From positions 260,214,001-260,278,000 of the forward strand of contig OZ024740.1 in assembly GCA_964016885.1 (NCBI GenBank): a stretch of DNA of 64,000 nucleotides. The letters run 5' to 3'. Shown piece after piece: positions 39,761 to 51,898 of this stretch. The notes beneath the pieces are model-generated. The model had not been told where the DNA came from. It did not search any database and saw nothing but the letters and a program-made list of their open reading frames with translations. Made by a program: the position numbers and the translations under genes. This stretch comes from Eledone cirrhosa (taxonomy: Eukaryota). Positions within the stretch are counted from its first letter, which is position 1, and every line of letters begins with the position of its first letter.

Positions 39761-41090
39761 AGAGATATATATACAATAGAAAAAACGTTTTCTTTACATA
39801 TGAAAAATATTTATTGCGTATCGACCTGTTATGCCAGTTTCCCAGAGGATTGGCTCAAGGTGTCCCATAGGAGTTATGGACCCGACTTCAGTATTGATCT
39901 GCTTCTCAGACCGGTGATGCGACAAAAGATATATTTACACACTATTGAGAGGTAAACACAATCCAATGATACTAGGAGGATGACAATAACACCTCATGTC
40001 GTAACTATACCAACACCTTATTTTTTATATTTATATTATTTTTTTCTATATTTTTTATTTTATTATATTATTATACTACTTTATTATTTCTTTACTTCTC
40101 CATATCTGACCTCATAGCATTTGATTGTCTATATTATGCTACACCGCATACTACACCTCATATATAATGTAATATTCAGTGATCTCTCTATTCAATATTA
40201 GCTACAGATTAATCAACTATACACTTACATTTTCTATCTAAGTATCATTATATGTAATCAGTAACTTCTGCCACAATTGTTAGCATCATGGAGGCAACTA
40301 AGAATATGTAATATGTTACCTATTTATCATTATGACATTTCCATGTATGGTCTTCTGAATAATGCGCTGTTCAAACTAACTTTGGTTCTATACCTTGAAT
40401 GCTTGGAATTGAGTAATTAATCAATTTTCCCCTCCCTTCATTATTCGAATATACTCATAGAGTTATGGCCCTTGCCATTCTGAGTTCAAATCCCGCCGAG
40501 GTTAACTTTGCCTTTCATCTTTACGGGGTCAATAAAATAAAGTGCCAGTAATGCACTGGGTAATTGCTGGCCTTGTGCCAAAAAGTAGAAACAATTATTT
40601 GAATATACTCAGTCACTAGTAATCTATTTTCTTTGGACTTTGCAGCAGTATACTGGACTGCTATGCTAGTCAAAAATAAACCACATCAAATTTAGTCCTC
40701 AATGCAAACACACATAATATATACGCATGAAATAGCTTTGACAACCCCTTTATTACCCAATAATGTATTTTCATGAATCTTGGCCATTAGAATTAAAAAT
40801 AAGCACTTCTGTTATATTCTTTCTGTTTGATTTTACTAATTTATTTAACATAATTTAGCACACAGTGTTTATAAGTTCTTGTAAACTTTATAATTTTGGA
40901 AACAATTTTAAATCTTATAATTCTCTTTATTCTTGTAACCTTATAACCATTATATTTTAAAAATCTTTTTATGTCTATATCTCGTATTCTTCTATTCTTG
41001 TTATTTATTTATTTTTTACTATTTTTACAATTTGTATAGGTCTGTTCCTCTATTTTCTATTGCTTGGGTTCAATGTAATCCTGTTATATA

Positions 41091-41186
41091 ATTCCACAAA
41101 TAACACCTGATGAAATCATCTAGTCGTACATTATAATCGAATGATAGGGTTAGGCCATCAAAATATGTATAGTGCTTTTGCGGAAT
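41091..41186 (+). ncRNA. Degenerate type-I hammerhead (GAAA mutated to AAAA)
   Basis: AUUCC.CAAA..CAC-CUGAUGA(41107-13)...AAAA-UAUGUA-UA-GUG..UUUG.GGAAU; stem I is intact, G12 is lost. Confidence 0.5.
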
Positions 41187-42134
41187 TAAAATTTTAAGTA
41201 AATTTTCCAGTCATACATTCTGTTGTTTTAATGTATATATATATGGATTGAGGAAGGTGAGGCTGTGTGGTTACTGATGAGTGTTAGAAGGTAAGGGGAC
41301 ACAATCAAGAGATGAAAAGTTTCCCTTCGTCAGCTGTTTACTATGGGTCATGGATGTTTCGGCGCATTATAAACAGAACATCGATCGATAGCGCGCCCAT
41401 ATCCTTTTATCTATTAAAAAGCCATGAGAGAAAGAAGTGATAGCAAAGAGAGAGAAAGAAAGAAAAAAAGGGGAGAAGAAAAAAAGGAAAAAACGAAGTA
41501 AACATACCGATAGAAGGGGAACACAGGACAATGGCACATATAAGTGAGTAACCGAAGAGAAGATAGATCAAGTTAAACAAAGCCATTGGGTTTAAGTCCG
41601 AGGGCCATAATAAAAGAGGAGCAGGTGAATCCATGCCTATTATTCTCAGTAAAGTTAGTGCAGAGTGAGAGAAAGATGGAGAAACCGGAAGTGAGAGGGG
41701 GTAGCAGGCAGAGGTGGTGCGTAAGAGGGATAGAGAGAGAGAGAGAGGGAGGAGAAGGGAAAGGGAGTTAATCCAAAAGGGTTTAGGACGTACGTGCAAC
41801 CGGGACAAACAAGCCAATCGATAGAGAGAGAGAGAGAGAGAGAGAGAGTTGATCCAAAAGCGTGGCGGGATATAAGTCCGACCAGAAACAACAAATTGAG
41901 CGAGATAGTTAGAGAGGATGGCGCGGAGGTCACAGCAGTAAATACAAAAAATGGATTGTGGAAGGCAAGGCTGTGTGGTTATTGATAACGAGTGTTAGAA
42001 GGTAAGGCGACACAAACAAGAGATGGACAGTTTCCCTTCGTCAGCTGTTTACTACGGGTCATGGATGTTTATAAACATTTATAAACAGAATATCATCATC
42101 ATTTAATGCCTATCTTCCACGCTAGCATGGGTTA

Positions 42135-44250
42135 TGTGGTTAGAAAAAGCTACTTCAATTACCGCTCATTGCTGGCACCGGTAATCCAATGGCTGGTTTC
42201 TCCTCTCCCACGTGCGTACAATCCAACTCGTTAACCAGGAGCTGCAACACTGACGTCCACCACCTGCGCTGACCACCCTAGAGAGAGGCAGATCTGCTGG
42301 CCCTTCCGGTCGAGCACCCTTCCGGACAAGCACCCTTCCGGTCAAGCACTCTTCCGGTTGAACACTCCCCAGCCTCCGGCCACCGCACACCACACCATAC
42401 CCCCCCCCTGATCTCAAGGATCAATTTCCCCCTCCTGCTGCATATGAAAGTCTGCTGTCCAGGTTGGTGGTTTGCGACTTCTTTGCGATCTCCGCAGTGT
42501 TGGGGCGGCACTTTGGGTTTCCTCTTCCTCGGAGTCCGTTGACACAGTAATTCTACGGACATCCAGGACATGACGTGGTATTCCGTCCACGGACACATTG
42601 TTCTGGGAATTTATGGCCGTCACCGTTCCCCTTCCCCATTAAGATGTGTAACGTGCATCTGGGGGCTTAACCCAGACTTCTTCGCCCACCTGCACGAATG
42701 CATTCTCTCTCTCCACTGGCCGTTGTGGTGGCGTGCACGGGTGCCGCCACTCGTATCTGAATACTGCTCTGTGTGGCACCGATTCCTCAACCTGTCCAAC
42801 CCGAGGAGACATGTTGTACCAGAACACTGCCTCTATTGGTGAGATGTGGCCCCGCTCCGCCATTGCTTTGATCGTCCGGTGGTGTCGCTCCATGATTCCA
42901 TTTCCGCTCAGCATGTACACTGCTCTGAAGAAACGGTCCACCTTCCATCCATCGAGCATCTCCCTCAGCACCCCCGAGCGGAACGCTGCGCTGTTGTCCA
43001 TCAGTAGTTCGCCCACAGGGCCCCGCTCCAAGAACACCTCTCTCAACGTCCGTGTGATTTCCTCGGACGTTCCAGTCTTCACCTCCCACCATATCGCCAT
43101 CCATCCCGGTCCACAGTCGACCATTGAGAGGTATGTTCCTTGTCGGTAGTGTGTTACATCCACCGCCAATCGCTTCCAGTAGCGATGCACACCCGGGGCG
43201 GGATCAATGGACTGACATCGGACACAGCCTCTAATCACTATTTGAACACTGTGTCTGCTAACGTCCGAGTCGATTCTCCTGGCTAGGAACAGAGTCCTAT
43301 CCACTCCCATGTGGTGCATGTCATGCAACCCTTTCAGATCCGACTCGGTCAGCCAATACTACATCCTCTGGCGCTTCCATCTAGGCTTTCTTCACCCTGG
43401 TTAAAACGTCCGCCCTATTTTTCTCTGAGGGCACAAAAACTACGCACAACCTCAGGTCGAACTCGGTGGCCAGCTCTCCTAAAGTCCCCAAGCGGTGATT
43501 TATCAGCATCTCCGCCGCCCCTCTCGTTCGCACTCTCTTCTCACTGGTGAGCACTGATCTCACCCATCCGAGTACAGTAGCCGAGTCAGTGCGAATCTCG
43601 ATGGTGCGCAGTCCCCACCTCAGGGCGAGGTTCACCCCTCTCAACACCGCGCCCAGTTCAGCCACATTGATGTGGTTGCAATCGTCCTTCTTCCTAAGCC
43701 AGGCTGCATCCTCGATCTCAACACCTATCTCCAACGTGACACCCAGCGCTATGCTGCTGGCATCGCACCATACGGTCCCGCTCTGCGATTTGGGAACATA
43801 CCAGCGTCCCCGCACTGGGTCGTCGGCCTTCACCCTCTCCATGATCTCCTGCATCATGGCCACCGTCCTCTCTCCCACTCTGTCACTCCAAGTCACCCCG
43901 CCCGCTCGTCTCTTGACATAGCTGCATACCGTCCGGAGCCACCCAGCAATCGGGTAGTGACCCACCAATTTTCCACACGCCGAGAAAAGCTCCCGCCTAC
44001 TCATACTTGGGCCCAGTTCGAGAACTTCATTTCCCCTCTGGAATACTAACACGCCCATCCTGTCTCGCCGTAGCCTAAGTCCCAGCGCGGCTCCTCCCTC
44101 CAACGCTTCTGATGGCTTTGCAGCCAGTCCATACCCCTATAAATAGCTCGTGACCTCCGCCGCTGACACTACAGACTCGTCCACTCGGATGTCGTCAATG
44201 TAGGAATTAGTGGCTCTCTTCATCTTGTCGGCCTTTCCCAGAATGGTGCA
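42135..44250 (-). mobile_element. Truncated Ty3/Gypsy-like LTR retrotransposon: RT end, RNase H, integrase, PPT and 3' LTR
   Basis: SYIDDI RT motif near 44190; RNase H WCDAS...HINVAEL...RTDS; integrase HHCC and D..D..E motifs (42639-43328); G-rich PPT at 42398-42409; LTR 42135-42397 with TG...CA ends. Confidence 0.88.
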
Positions 44251-45039
44251 ATAAAATGGGCCCGAGGGGTGTGCACGTTCACTGGCAGCCCTAAATGAAA
44301 GGGTCGCCATCAGCTATTTCAAGGGCCCTTAAAAGGGCCGTGTAAGCCATTCACTGCCACCCTAGTAAGGAGGGGTAACCATCAACAATTTCAAGTGGTG
44401 GCCATAAAAAGGGCCATGTGAGCGTTCACTTGTAGCCCTTAACAGTAACTTTGACTGCGTTCTCTGACATTTGAAGGAGGGTGTTACGGTTGCTTCCACT
44501 GGAAGCCTTTAGAATGAATCAGAATGCGTTCACGGTCCGTTTAACAGCCATACATTGACGCGCCGAGTGCGAAGCGGAAGGTCCATCTCTGAAGGTTGTC
44601 ACCTGAATCCGAGGGAAAATGTATTTCAGGTAATAGGCCGTATGAATGGCAACCAGATTGCCTTAAGAAATGTTGATAATGAACCTACCTTGTCCTTGTG
44701 CAAATGCAAAAAGACTCTCCTAGCTGCCAACTCTAGAGCACCCAACGAACAACGATCCGCTTAACAACCTTACATTGTCGCACCAATTGTCAAGGGGAAG
44801 GTTCTTAGCTGAAGGGTTCACCTTAATCCTTTAGCATTCACATTACTCTATATATACTATTATATTTTCCTGGTAAAGGCTTTACCCCGCATAATTATCT
44901 CACATAATATCGAATCTATGAGATTTTGAAAGTATTTATTTTGAGAACAATCCCTTAACATCAGTTAGTAGCCAGTACGAATTGTGACTAGATTGGTTTA
45001 AGAAAGGGCAATAATGAACCTACCTTGTCGCTGTTGCAT

Positions 45040-45940
45040 TTATAACACCTCGTTGTAAACAATGTTCCTTGTTTTCCCTCGTCGTGCAAATGCAAAAAGC
45101 CTCTCCCTGCTGCCAACTCTAGTGCACCCAACGTACAATTGTCCGTGGGAGAAACAGAGCTCCTCCAGTAGAAGTCCGGCCACAGAAAGAGTCTGACCCT
45201 GGGACTTGTTAATGGATATAGAAAAACTGACCCGAAGCGGGAATTGCAGTCTTCTGAAGGTAAACGGAATTTTGGCTCCCGAGGGAGTAAGAGGAATTCT
45301 CTGAATGAAGACATCGTCGCCTTTTCCGCACCCAGAGAGGATTGTTGCCTCGATAACATGGTGTGTTCCGTTGCGCAGCCTCAGTGGCTCCAAATTCATT
45401 CCGCAGCAACATAACAGGAGTCCCTACTTTAAGGCGTAGCATGTGGTGTGGTAGTCCCAGAGCCTGTAAGAGTTTGGAAATTCTGGTGGAAAGTTCACCA
45501 CTTCATTTGGACCGGGCATCATGTCAACAGACTTGTAGTTGCGAAGAGCACCAGGAAGGGAATCCAGTAGCAGGCCGTTGGAATTGTTAACACTGGCGTT
45601 TTTTGGAGCAAGCACTACTCTTTTGCACAACCATGCGTGGTCCTGGAAATGGTGTTGCAAATCTGGAAACACTTTGTCTTTGAGCTCTGCCGCAGAATTA
45701 ACAGAAGTCGCAAATGGCCACACTTCCAGTTCGCCTTCAGCGTCAAGAGGCATGTTGCCGTCGTCAAGCTTCAGAATGTCCCGTGCAAAGTCAGCGGACG
45801 TTTGGTCACCGTGCAATTGAGCCCTCATGTTGGTTGTAAGAGTCAGTTTCCTGATGACTTCAGACATGCTTGGGCCTAGTCAGCTCGTGTACCTTTGGGA
45901 ATTACAAGGAGGGTCTGCCTGAAGTCGCCCGAAAGCATGG
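45040..45940 (-). mobile_element. Helitron PIF1-like helicase C-terminal fragment, frameshifted; partial duplicate at about 44680-44795
   Basis: GDFRQ, LTTNMR, LAPKN, LKVGTPVMLLRN, RLQFPLR, INKSQGQT, FSHGQLYV, TRNIVYNEVL*. Confidence 0.88.
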
Positions 45941-46349
45941 TATGTAAGTAAGCAATTCTGTGGCTTAAAACGTGAGGCAGAAGTTGTGTGCACTTACCAA
46001 CTGTTTGGGGAATGAGTGTGAGATTTGTCTTGAGCAAGGGTGGCAGAATAACCAGAGGCAGTAGACAGCCAGACATACAGACAGATATAAGGGCGCGTTC
46101 TGGACGCAGATGGAATTGTGGGAAGTGACGTAATGCAGACAGCCAGACATACAGACAGATATTATAAGGGCGCGACCTTATATGTATGTATCTATCTAAA
46201 AAGAGAAAGACTAAGAATTATAGAGAGAGATCGCTAAATCGCCTAATGCGGTCTCTAGGGCATTGAAAATTTGAAATTTTCTTTGCTCAGAACACTCCCT
46301 GAAACATAAGTATTACATGTGTAAAGTTTGAAAACAGTCGGTTGGGTAC

Positions 46350-47423
46350 TGATTCTGGTTTGATTTCTACAGCTGGATGCCCTTCCTAACACCAACCTCA
46401 TTTACAGTGAGTGCTGGGAGCTTTTTTTCCGTGGCGCCTACACGACCACTCTACAGTGTGGACTGGGTGCTTTTTTGCCGTGGCGCCTACATGTCCACAT
46501 TACAGTGTGGGCTGGGTGCTTTTTTGCCGTGGCACCTCCACGAACACTTTGCAATGGGAGGAGGGAGGAGGCATATAGTCTATATGCTTCAGCTTCGGTT
46601 TGTACCAGTGGGAAGTCGGGTCTTCTGTATTGCTGAGTGACGCCAGAGGTCACGGTCGTGTGTCATGGCCCTTGAGAGGTGCAATTGGGTAAGGTCGGCT
46701 TTTATCACCTCATCCCAGGTCTTCCTGGGTCTCCCCACTCCGTGACTTCCATCGACTTCTAGTGCTCTGCACCTTTTTATGCAGCTGTCATCCTTCATAC
46801 ACATCACATGTCCATACCAACGCAACCTCCTCTCCTGCACACAGCATTTGATTCCTTTTATGCTCAGTCTCTCTCTCAACTCGTTTATGCTTTGCCGTTC
46901 GCGTATATTACTATAACACATCCATCAGAGCATGCAAGCTTTCTTTCTTTCTAATCTATGCAAGTCTTCTACAGACAGCGCCCAGGTCTCACTACCATGT
47001 AACATTGATGTTTGTATACAAGCATCATACAGTCTGCCTTTCATTTTGAGGGAAAAGCCTTTTGCAGCTACCAGTGGCAGTAGCTCCCTGAACTTCTTCC
47101 ATCCTGTTCTTACCCTAGTTATTGTATTTTCCGAACGCCCACCTCCACTGCTAATTCGGTCACCTAGGTAGCAGAAGCTGTCTACTGTTTCTACAGAGCC
47201 CACCCACAGTTTGGTGGTGCTCGTTTCCTGTGGCTGTTTGCTGCTTGCTGTCCCAGCGCAGCTACTAGATGTGAAGCCTACATTCTTAGTTAAGCTTCCT
47301 GAGATGCCACTACATTTCTTGTGTACCCATTGTTTGCATTTGGGGCAGAGGATGGAGTTCCTACCTACACCTTTCCTACATACTGAGCAAGGCCATTTCC
47401 CTGAGGGGATCTGGGTTCTGTTT
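46350..47423 (-). mobile_element. 5'-truncated RTE copy including the PHD region
   Basis: Closely similar to 5975-6980; begins at (TA)n. Confidence 0.9.
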
Positions 47424-47579
47424 TATATACATATATATATATATAGTTAGGGAAGCAGAAAATTGCTTATTGTAATCCAGTTCATGGTTAAGACAGCCAG
47501 TTTCATGGACGGTTTCAATGTACGGTTAGGGGTAACTCCACAAGTTTGTAAGAATCACGTTCAATCTTGGAGTGTAAAG

Positions 47580-47896
47580 GATAAAAGAGAAAACACAGGT
47601 AAGCATTAAAAAAAAGGATTTTATCCAGGTATTTACGACCGTTTCATTGGTAAGTGCAACCTTATATTGCTATACTGCAAATAACAGCCACTCAATAATA
47701 ATTGTTGTACACGTCCAAATTTTCAAAATATTGAAAATCATACACTATTTTGAAAATTTGGACGTGTACAACAATTATTATTGAGTGGCTGCTATTTGCA
47801 GTATAGCAATATAAGGTTGCACTTACCAATGAAACGGTCGTAAATACCTGGATAAAATCCTTTTTTTTTAATGCTTACCTGTGTTTCCTCTTTTAT

Positions 47897-47930
<34 letters not shown>

Positions 47931-49270
47931 AAAATGTTTAACCCCAACAGCAGAGCTCAAGCCGTTTCGACAGCTATTTCCAGAAATAGCCGTCGAAACG
48001 GCTTGAGCTCTGCTGTCGGAGTTAATCATTTTCATATTACCCACTCTGCTACCCTAAGTATTGAGTACTCTGGTGCGTTATGGTCCATCTGGTTCCTTAC
48101 CACACTTCCTTCGTTATATATATATATTGTTATACTTTGGGAGGGTCATGTTGCCAATAAGAAACACACGCACCAGTTGCTTTCACTTCAATTTATTATA
48201 ATAAATTTATAATAAATTTATAAATTTATAAATTTCTGGTTGGTTGGTTGGTTCCACAACCAGATAGTTGTTTATATAGTGTCATAGTTCTTTCGTCACA
48301 CACTCTGTGACCTCTTCAGTGACTGGGGATTCCTTTCTTTGTTTCTGTGCCACAGAGTGTGTGACGAAAGAACTATGACAATATATAAACAACTATCTGG
48401 TTGTGGAACCAACCAACCAACCAACCAGAAATTTATAAATTTATAAATTTATTATAAATTTGTTATAATAAATTGAAGTGAAAGCAACTGGTGCGTGTGT
48501 TTCTTATTGACAACATGACCCTCTCAAAGTATAACAATATCGGTTTCAACACACGATTTCAGATAAAGAATCTTGCTAAACAAATTCAGAAACGAAATAT
48601 ATATATATATATATATATATTTTGTGATGATTTCTAAAGAATGAAACAGTTCTAGTTCTGTAGAATCTCATCTATATTAAAACTTTTATACTCTGCAATG
48701 TATTGAGTACCTTACTTACTGTGGTTACCTCCGATTCAACCCGGAATAACGTATATATATATATATCTTTATCCTTATTGAGCCCTCTTTGGATTTTAGT
48801 CTTCACATTTATTATTATTACTATTATATATATTATAGATTGAGTTAGAAACTCAAAATAGTCTTTTACAATTAAATAACTCAAAGAAGGGAATCTTTCC
48901 GAGCCGTGTAATATAATTGAATATATGAGAGGGACGAACAGATATAAGTATACACGTGTTCCAATTGCAACTGACCAAGCTAGCTAGGTTGAAAAATACT
49001 AATTTAAAACAATATGGTTTGCCTGACTCGATTTAACGTAATAAATCAATAAAAATAACAAACTTATATCGGGCAAATAGCCTGATATAGGTTTGTTATT
49101 TTGCCCGATATAGGTTTGTTATTTTTATTGATTTATTACTTTAAATTGAGTCAGGCAAACCATATTGTTTTAAATTAGTATTTTTCAACCTAGCTAACTT
49201 AGTCAGTTGCAATTGGAACACATGTATACTTATATCTGTGTTAATCCCTCTCATATATTCAATTATAATA

Positions 49271-49310
<40 letters not shown>

Positions 49311-49470
49311 AAAAGGTTCTGGACCCTGATGGCAGAACTCAAGCTGTTTCGACGGCTATTTCTGGACAGTCCAGAAATAGCCGTCGTAGTCCTGAACCTT
49401 TTTCTACCCAAAGTATCGAGTACTCTGGGGCATTATGGTCCACCTGGTTCCTTAACACATTTCCTTCATT
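47580..49470. repeat. Cluster of five fold-back cassettes separated by (TA)n
   Basis: Inverted arms at 47580-47730/47746-47897; 47928-48035 (centre about 47981); 48125-48309/48351-48540; 48910-49078/49101-49268; 49308-49405. Confidence 0.88.
48281..48323 (-). ncRNA. Hammerhead-like fold with reduced stem III
   Basis: GUCA-CUGAAGA-g-GUCAC agagugu GUGAC-GAAA-GAAC-UA-UGAC; a related degenerate copy lies at about 23255-23300. Confidence 0.55.
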
Positions 49471-51472
49471 ATATATATATATATACACACACATGCATGC
49501 ACACACATATATCTATACCCACACACACACATATATATATACACACATAGAGACACATATATACCCTTTAGAAGAATGAAAATAGAAATAATATGTACGT
49601 GCTATTTACTTTTCACAGTTGTATTAACATTTATGGACGAAAGGAGTTATATATATAGTAGTCGTGCTAACACCAAATGGTGGTACCATAATAAAGTACA
49701 TTGAGTCCACTTTGTAATGTGGTAATGCTGTAGAGTGGTTGGATTTAGAAAGGTCATTCAGCCATAGAAACCATAGAAACTATGCCAAAATGCAGGACAG
49801 GGTCATTTGACTTGTGATAATCTCAAAACATATCAACTCATCCAACCCACACCAGCCTAGAAAACAGATATAAAATGGAGATGATGATGTTGATGATGAT
49901 GATGATATCCAACATCACATGACACTGTTTGGTATTGTTAAGACATTGACATTGTGGTCAACATCATCAGTGTTTGCTGCACCTAAATTTCAACTGGAAT
50001 TTCAACTTCCTGTTTACTGTATTAAGGAATGAATAATAGGAAAGCAAGTACTAAAATTGGAACTTTGGAAATTTAAACAATAAATCTCAATGAAAGACAT
50101 TGAACTTATGGAATTATTTCTTAAAATTAATTTTTTGTTATTGATCCTGTGTCATCAATAATGATTTCTTATATAGGCACAAGGCCAGCAATTTTTTGGG
50201 GGAGGGGAAAGTCGATTAAATCGACTCCAGTGCGTGACTGGTACTTTATTTTATCGACCCCGTAAGGATGAAAGGCAAAGTTAATCTCGGCGGAATTTGA
50301 ACTCAGATCATAAAAGGCCGTAACCCTATGCTGCAAAGCATGGCGTCCGACCCTCTACCAATACTGCCAATCCATCGCCCTGTGTCATCAATAATGACAG
50401 CAATAATGATGAACATATTTAATTTTTGGTGTCCAGGATTGGTATGAAATATATACTAGTATTACCAAATATATGAACAATCATACAAACTGAGAAATTT
50501 GTGTTTTGATAAATTAGTGGTTTTCATAAGAGAAACCCTATAGTTTATATTGATTACTGACACATGGAGCTTCCATATGAAACATTCGAACTTCAAAGAA
50601 TAAATATAGATTATGAAAGATATGTAAACTAAGTGACTGAGAGTACACGACTTTCACCCCCATACCAATGGGCTGAACACCAGTCCCTTGCCAGCTGCTG
50701 TGGGTACATATTGTCAGTAGAGGGAACTAGAGCAATGTGAAATGAAGTGCCTTCCTCATGAAAAATTCATCTATAAACCTTTAAGTGGATTGTGGCCATT
50801 TTAGGGTGCCAACTTAAGCATATTTTAGTTGACAATATCAATCCCAGCACTTTATGTGATAACTTATTTTTATACTTAAGTAACTATATTCCCTGTGGTA
50901 TAATATGGTATGTTCCTGTAACTCTTGAGGGAATTGTAGGGGCACTGTATTGACATACTCATACAGCGTTTCTTGAGTATTTCAAGCTTGGTGGGGCCCA
51001 TCCATCTTCAGGCCTGAGTATAACATATTTCTTCCAGAGGAGGATAGAAATTGAAAGAGTGGAAGCGAGAAAGAGATATATAGGAAGAATAAACCCAGTA
51101 CTAGACTGGTACACTTTTAAAATCATTCTAATGACTCTGCCAATTCACTGCTTTATATTTCCCCATGCCACCACCATAAATGAAACTTAAGGGTTGCCTA
51201 ACACCCTAACCTTTAAGCTATATGCTGTCATATAGAATCTAAGAATGTAAACGGTATAATTATCATGATTGACATCACTAATTATTTAAACTATATCAAT
51301 TATGGCAAATATGAGGAATTTTTGAAATAAAACGATAACAGAAATGGTGTAAAATAGAAAATGTTAACAATGTATATATATATATTCACACACACACACA
51401 CACAGATACATATACATACACCCATACATATATAAATTCATACACACATACATATATATATCTATATATATA

Positions 51473-51506
<34 letters not shown>

Positions 51507-51866
51507 TCATCATCATCATCATCATTTTACGTCCGCTTTTCCCTGCTTGCAAGGGTGGGATGGGTCTTATTTAGCACAGCATCTCTCCACTCATCACAGT
51601 CCTTCGTAATCTCCACCGTGAGCTTCAAAGATCTGAGGTCTGTTCTCACCACCTCTGCCCATGTTTTTCGTGGTCTACCTCTACCACGTCTTCCTTCAAC
51701 TGGCATTTCCTGGCACTTCTTCACCCATCGGTCATCCTCCATGCGCATCACATGTCCATACCACCTCAGTCTTCTCTCCCGTACACTACATTCTATCCCT
51801 CTCAGACACAGTTTCTCTCTCAACACATTTATGCTGGGTCGTTCACGCACATTTACACTGCACATC

Positions 51867-51871
<5 letters not shown>
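51507..51871 (-). mobile_element. 5'-truncated RTE copy, second subfamily
   Basis: WMCSVNVRER...RLRWYGHVMRMEDDRWVKKC...GRPRKTW; between (TA)n tracts. Confidence 0.88.

Positions 51872-51896
<25 letters not shown>

Positions 51897-51898
<2 letters not shown>

Noticed and set aside
39800-39900. Additional hammerhead on the minus strand
   Set aside because: Core reads CTGAAGT and the stems do not close convincingly.
45040-45940. Host PIF1 helicase gene
   Set aside because: Intronless, frameshifted and partly duplicated, ending in the Helitron-type TRNIVY.EVL.
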